Shown one piece after another: positions 59,336 to 64,000 of a stretch of DNA of 64,000 bases (positions are counted from its first letter, which is position 1; the number at the start of each line of letters is the position of its first letter). The notes below the pieces were generated by a model. It was not told the DNA's origin. It made no database searches and worked only from the letters and a program-made list of their open reading frames with translations. Both the position numbers and the translations under genes were made by a program. The DNA is from an uncultured candidate division Zixibacteria bacterium (GTDB taxonomy: Bacteria > Zixibacteria > MSB-5A5 > GN15 > PGXB01): contig OY969724.1 of assembly GCA_963702205.1 (NCBI GenBank), positions 2,080,001 to 2,144,000 on the forward strand. The letters are read 5' to 3'.

Positions 59336-60297
59336 GCGCCAGGGTACTTGTCATTGCCGAACACAAAAACGGAAAATTATCACATATAAGTTATGAATTG
59401 ATCACTGCCGCCAAAAAAATCGGCGGCGAACTGATGACCGCTGTCATGGCCGAAAACGCGTCCGATATGGCCAACGATCTGGCCGCGCACGGGGGCGGCA
59501 AGGTTCTGTCGCTTTCCAGGGCCGGGTTTAAGTATTTCAATGACAGTGTCTATTGCAGGGCCATCACGGAGCTGATTGGCAAGCACCGGCCGACTCTGGT
59601 GCTGGTCCCGGCGACATTTTACGGCAAAGCCCTGGCGGGGCGCCTGGCGGCCGCCAATGGCGCCGCCATGGTCTCCGATATAACCGGTATCTCCGTCGAA
59701 GGCGATAACGTTGTATTGACACGCCCGTCGTACGGAGGCAATGTCATCGCCAATATTACCGGGACATCCGGCAAACTTACGATTGCCTCGATCCGGCCGA
59801 AAGTATTCGATGAGTCAAAAGATGGTTCCGGCGAAGTTGCCGAGGAATCGGTCAGCGACACCGTCTTCGATGTCAAGTCATCCGTGAAGGAAATGGTCGT
59901 CGAAAGCGGTCAGTCGGTCAATCTGAACGAGGCCGATGTAATCGTATCGGTCGGGCGCGGCATTCGCGGGCCGGAAAATCTGGCGCTGATAGAAAACCTG
60001 GCCAAAGCGGTTGGAGGGGCGGTCGGTGCTTCGCGTGCCATAGTCGACGCCGGTTGGATACAATACCGGCACCAGATCGGCCAGACCGGCAAGACGGTCA
60101 ACCCCAAACTCTATTTTGCTTTGGGCATTTCCGGCGCCATCCAGCATCTGGTGGGGATGCAGACCTCAAGGACGATTGTCGCCGTCAACCGTGACAAAGA
60201 CGCGCCAATATTCAAGATTGCATCGTATGGCATTGTCGGGGATCTTTTTGAGATAGTTCCGGCCCTGACTAAAAAATTCGAATCGGCCAACGCCTGA
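59332..60297 (+). CDS. etfA: Electron transfer flavoprotein alpha subunit
   Basis: VSVGRG, GASRA.VDAGW, QIGQTGK, GISGAIQH. Confidence 0.95.
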   Translation: MSARVLVIAEHKNGKLSHISYELITAAKKIGGELMTAVMAENASDMANDLAAHGGGKVLSLSRAGFKYFNDSVYCRAITELIGKHRPTLVLVPATFYGKALAGRLAAANGAAMVSDITGISVEGDNVVLTRPSYGGNVIANITGTSGKLTIASIRPKVFDESKDGSGEVAEESVSDTVFDVKSSVKEMVVESGQSVNLNEADVIVSVGRGIRGPENLALIENLAKAVGGAVGASRAIVDAGWIQYRHQIGQTGKTVNPKLYFALGISGAIQHLVGMQTSRTIVAVNRDKDAPIFKIASYGIVGDLFEIVPALTKKFESANA

Positions 60298-60312
60298 TAA
60301 GATTTTTGGAAT

Positions 60313-60347
60313 AAAAAAAGCCGCTCCATTTGAGCGGCTTTTTTTTA
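60313..60347. terminator. Bidirectional Rho-independent terminator
   Basis: A7-GCCGCTC-cattt-GAGCGGC-T8 between convergent genes. Confidence 0.85.
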
Positions 60348-60356
60348 TTTCACTTT

Positions 60357-61430
60357 TTATGGATTCCCGTTCAAAGTGTCGATGTATGCCCTTATGTAGG
60401 CCACTGAACTTGATGCCAATCGCAAGCTGTACTTGGGATTGTGAATACCATTGCTCCGGTCGCCAGTCAGGAATCGATAATTATATATAGCACCAACGAC
60501 CCCTTCCGGACGAACATAACCTACGGTATCGAGAAGGCCAAGGCTGTCAAGTTTGAAAGCCAGCGAGTCCATAGCGTCGAAATACTCCTGCAATGTAGTC
60601 GTATTGTTATAAGTATCGAAAGCCGCAATGGCTGTGCTTGCTATGTGGCACCCGGACACGTTGCAAGATGCAATGTTTTCGATGCCGTTGTCGGTCATAT
60701 TCATGCTGTGCCCGCCCAATGAAAATCCGTTGGTGACCGAAACGTGGCATTTCACGCACCCTCCGGAAAACGAAACGGCGTGCTTTAGATTCGAATAATC
60801 AACGCCAGTATATTCAAAACCCCCCTGGCCGAGGAACATCTCTGCCTGATTGGATCCGTGCGGCCCCCAAAAATCTGTTATCAGAACGGAATCGTTTTCA
60901 TTGGCATCGAAGATGACATTAACTTCCGTCGCCACGTCCCTGATGGATTTATGACACATCACGCAGTTGTTGGAATTGCTGACGTCAAACGTGCCGCCGT
61001 TGATCAGGGTGACCGGATTGTCAAAGCGAAGCGTATAATCCCAGGTCGTATGATAATCATGGCAAGTTTTGCAGGCCATAGCGAGAGGTTCAGAGACCGC
61101 CGCGGTCGCCTGTGCAATATACCCCTGTGATGAATGGCACATAGGACCGCATACATTGGTTTTATATTGGCCAAAACCGTCGCTGATAGTCGTATCCACC
61201 AACCTGCCGGATGCATGGCCCGCATTGTAAAATTCCTCTTTGGCAATGTCGAGGATAGAATTTTGGTCCGAATGGCAGGCGGCAACGCAAGTGCTGTCCA
61301 TAACAGTAACCGTCTCAAAGTTACTTACGGTATTATCTTCGGTTACGAGTTTATCACAGGCAGGGAGACTGATCAAGAGTGAAAAACCTGCCATGGCAAT
61401 CAAAATAAAAAAGGGAAGAAATTTCTTCAT
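60357..61430 (-). CDS. Multiheme (up to 6) c-type cytochrome lipoprotein
   Basis: Lipobox LPAC; CKTCH, CVMCH, CVKCH plus CVAACH, CGPMCH, CNVSGCH; GIHNPKY. Confidence 0.8.
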   Translation of the reverse strand: MKKFLPFFILIAMAGFSLLISLPACDKLVTEDNTVSNFETVTVMDSTCVAACHSDQNSILDIAKEEFYNAGHASGRLVDTTISDGFGQYKTNVCGPMCHSSQGYIAQATAAVSEPLAMACKTCHDYHTTWDYTLRFDNPVTLINGGTFDVSNSNNCVMCHKSIRDVATEVNVIFDANENDSVLITDFWGPHGSNQAEMFLGQGGFEYTGVDYSNLKHAVSFSGGCVKCHVSVTNGFSLGGHSMNMTDNGIENIASCNVSGCHIASTAIAAFDTYNNTTTLQEYFDAMDSLAFKLDSLGLLDTVGYVRPEGVVGAIYNYRFLTGDRSNGIHNPKYSLRLASSSVAYIRAYIDTLNGNP

Positions 61431-61766
61431 AGCAAAAGCCCTCAGTATTTTTATTAGCAAGAAACTGCCCCGGCGGCCTTTTGTCAAAATATAAATTCAA
61501 AAGCGCAGATATTTCCATATTGATAATAAATGAATAAACAATCAAAGACATGTGTCCGTATTAAGAACGGAAACAGGGTGGTTTGGGTGCCTAAATTAAA
61601 ACCCTAATTGCTTGACTTGGCGGTTTTTTTGACTATTTTTAGTTGATTATTGGAGGTATATATAGACAATATTTAAAGACTGAAGTTAACAGATTAATTT
61701 GGAAAGCCATAACCTTCTTATGATTCAAAGCCGGAGAAATCCATTAAAGCGCCGGCTATTTTTATT

Positions 61767-64000
61767 ATGATTAAAAAATTAATATTACTGGTTTTGCTCC
61801 TGACCGCGTCGGGGGCAGAGGCGACTGTTCTGCTTAAGGCTTTTGACGACCCGCTTTCGTCGTACGGAATTTCCGACAACGGCGTCATCGACATTCTCCA
61901 ACATAAAGGCTCGATCTGGCTGGCCACCAGCGGCGGGCTGAGTTTTACCAGCGATGACGGCCAAAGCTGGAGTATTTATAATACTTCCAACGGACTGGTA
62001 TCGCAGGAAATTTCGGCCTTCTATTCCGAAGGCGATGATATCATGGACAAAATCTGGGTGGCCACCAATCATTCGCAGGAAATCGACGGGACGTTATATC
62101 CGATCGCCGACGGATTGTCTTTCTCCGATGATGAAGGGCAGACGTGGGATACGATGATGGTGCCCGGTTCTTTCGGAGGACAATCGGTAGTTTACGATAT
62201 TACCGGTGTCGACTCCGTAATCTTCTGCGCGTCGTGGGCCGGGGGCCTGTTCGGCAGTTTTGATGGCGGCCAGAACTGGCGGCATTATTATGCCTCGGCT
62301 TCGGATTCGACGACCAGGGCCAACGGCGGGCCGCTAAATAACTCGGATATCTATTTTTCGGCCGTGGTGGATACGTTTCATCAGGACTCTATAGTTTTAT
62401 GGGCGGGGACGGCCTATGGACTAAAGCAATATATCTGGGCTCCGGATTACGCCAAACCGTCGTCCAATTACATTCTCGATATTTTCAAGGCCGACACATT
62501 TTATGTCATTTGCGGCGATCGCGGACTTACCCGCTACAGCGGGCTGGGCACTACGAATACCTTTAATTCCGCCTATTCACCCGGCAGCGGCTTGCCCGGT
62601 CCGACGATTACAACCGGTCTGTTTTTCGACGGCCTGTTGTTCGCCGGGACGCGTGAATCAGTGACGGGCCCGGGAACGGGTCTGGCGGTTTCGGTCGATA
62701 CCGGTTTGACCTTTACCGAAATAAGCGACCCCGCTCTGGACGTTAACGACGATGACAAATACGTAGCCGGTATGTTCGATCTGAACGACGCCATATATGT
62801 GGCGGCCAGATCCGGCGGGCTGATCCGTTCGCTCGATACCGGTTCCACCTGGGAAAGCGTAACACTCGATACAGGTGGTGCCACGGCCGATATAAACCGC
62901 GACGTCGTCAACAGCATTGTGCCGGATACGGTCAATAATCGTTTGTGGGTGGGAACCGACGCCGGGCTTGTCATGCTTCAGTACGACGGTGCTAATGTGA
63001 TGGATTCGATCTTCTATTATGTTTTTCCGGATAACGACACGTCGGGTGCCCGGGCGAATAAAGTGGCCATTCAGGATTTTTACGGTGACGATGAAATCGT
63101 GGATTCTTTCTATATCTGGGCCATTAGCTGGCCCCTCGATGATCAAATCGGCTCTTATACGGTTTACGCGTCGTTCGACGAGGGCGCGACATGGCATGTG
63201 CGAGACACGGTTGGGGCAGGTCCGGTTATTATTGTAAGCCCCGTGGACACCTTGTATTACGATATCAGCTTCCTTGATGATTATGTGATATTGGGTGGAC
63301 AGAATTTATTAACCCAGGTTATTGATTTCGATAAATGGATATGGGGGAAGGTCCCGGCTTATCAAATTCAGGACAGCCTGAATCCAATTGTCCTTAATTT
63401 TCGCGATCGTAACTTCACGGTCGTCAAAGTGATCGACAGTACGATTTTCCTTGGCACCAATGGTGGTGGCTTCGGTGTCTCGCCTCCGAGCAGCGGATCG
63501 TCCGCCCACTGGGGTATCCACAAGGCCAATACCGATCCACTCGCACCCGACAAAATAGGAAATGTGTTGATTCCCAATCTGACCGGTAACTGGGTGACCG
63601 CCATGGGGATTCAGTACTTGCCGGACGGAAAACCGCTCCTTTGGGCAACCGGTCGGCCCGGTGCGGGCGGCTCCACCGGTCAGACCAATGGAATTTCATT
63701 TCTTCAATTATATTCACAAAATGTATGGAAACGGGCGTACGTGGGCACGATCGGTTGGAATTACGGCTTCAACGACAGCACCGTATTTGCGGCCACGTCG
63801 GCGGGACTACTATATTCAAACCTCGATACGACTATTTTCGGTGACATTGTCTGGGATACCGCCCGGATATCGGGTCAGCTAATTTCGAATACTCCGAATG
63901 TCGAATTCACTATCGATCAGGCGAGCGCCGTTTATGGTGCAAAAGTAATCGACGACCAACTTTGGGTAGGTACGGAGGATGGTGCCGCTGTTATTCCGTT
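61767..64000 (+). CDS. Secreted Asp-box/BNR beta-propeller protein, 3'-truncated by the window edge
   Basis: Translated by hand at start, end and motif sites (MIKKLILLVLLLTASGAEA...LWVGTEDG); Asp-boxes SDDGQSW, SDDEGQTW, SFDGGQNW, SVDTGLTF, SLDTGSTW, SFDEGATW. Absent from the ORF track because no stop lies in the window. Confidence 0.8.
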   Translation, partial: MIKKLILLVLLLTASGAEATVLLKAFDDPLSSYGISDNGVIDILQHKGSIWLATSGGLSFTSDDGQSWSIYNTSNGLVSQEISAFYSEGDDIMDKIWVATNHSQEIDGTLYPIADGLSFSDDEGQTWDTMMVPGSFGGQSVVYDITGVDSVIFCASWAGGLFGSFDGGQNWRHYYASASDSTTRANGGPLNNSDIYFSAVVDTFHQDSIVLWAGTAYGLKQYIWAPDYAKPSSNYILDIFKADTFYVICGDRGLTRYSGLGTTNTFNSAYSPGSGLPGPTITTGLFFDGLLFAGTRESVTGPGTGLAVSVDTGLTFTEISDPALDVNDDDKYVAGMFDLNDAIYVAARSGGLIRSLDTGSTWESVTLDTGGATADINRDVVNSIVPDTVNNRLWVGTDAGLVMLQYDGANVMDSIFYYVFPDNDTSGARANKVAIQDFYGDDEIVDSFYIWAISWPLDDQIGSYTVYASFDEGATWHVRDTVGAGPVIIVSPVDTLYYDISFLDDYVILGGQNLLTQVIDFDKWIWGKVPAYQIQDSLNPIVLNFRDRNFTVVKVIDSTIFLGTNGGGFGVSPPSSGSSAHWGIHKANTDPLAPDKIGNVLIPNLTGNWVTAMGIQYLPDGKPLLWATGRPGAGGSTGQTNGISFLQLYSQNVWKRAYVGTIGWNYGFNDSTVFAATSAGLLYSNLDTTIFGDIVWDTARISGQLISNTPNVEFTIDQASAVYGAKVIDDQLWVGTEDGAAVIP

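Overview
A 64-kb bacterial chromosomal segment. The many NYPNPFNP...KM(V/I/M)L(M/L)K C-terminal sorting domains, the PorV-type barrel and the cohesin/Ig surface proteins point to an FCB-associated anaerobe, possibly Zixibacteria (inference). In order: an AT-rich trio of small minus-strand genes; a 9-gene redox operon (P-loop NTPase, Vor-type 2-oxoacid:ferredoxin oxidoreductase, HydC/HydB/HydA-like flavin/FeS module with no hydrogenase catalytic domain, polyferredoxin); citryl-CoA lyase followed by an ~0.9-kb mosaic of REP-like palindromes, copies of the gene's own 3' end and a 152-bp MITE; rdgB; a CBM9/DUF5916 barrel; tRNA-Pro; two secreted surface proteins, one giant; a PP2C phosphatase; tRNA-Arg; a K+ channel; a lipoate ligase; a TonB receptor-PorV-lipoprotein cluster; a GT39-TPR protein; S8 and M6 proteases; a housekeeping run (ecfT, truA, tal, purB, psd, pssA, purS, purQ, tatA); an FHA-metallophosphoesterase-CHASE2 kinase operon; a frameshifted dusB with larB, larC and etfA; an atypical hexaheme cytochrome; and a partial Asp-box beta-propeller gene. 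No CRISPR array, integrase or transposase was seen. All calls come from reading motifs by eye; no database searches were run.
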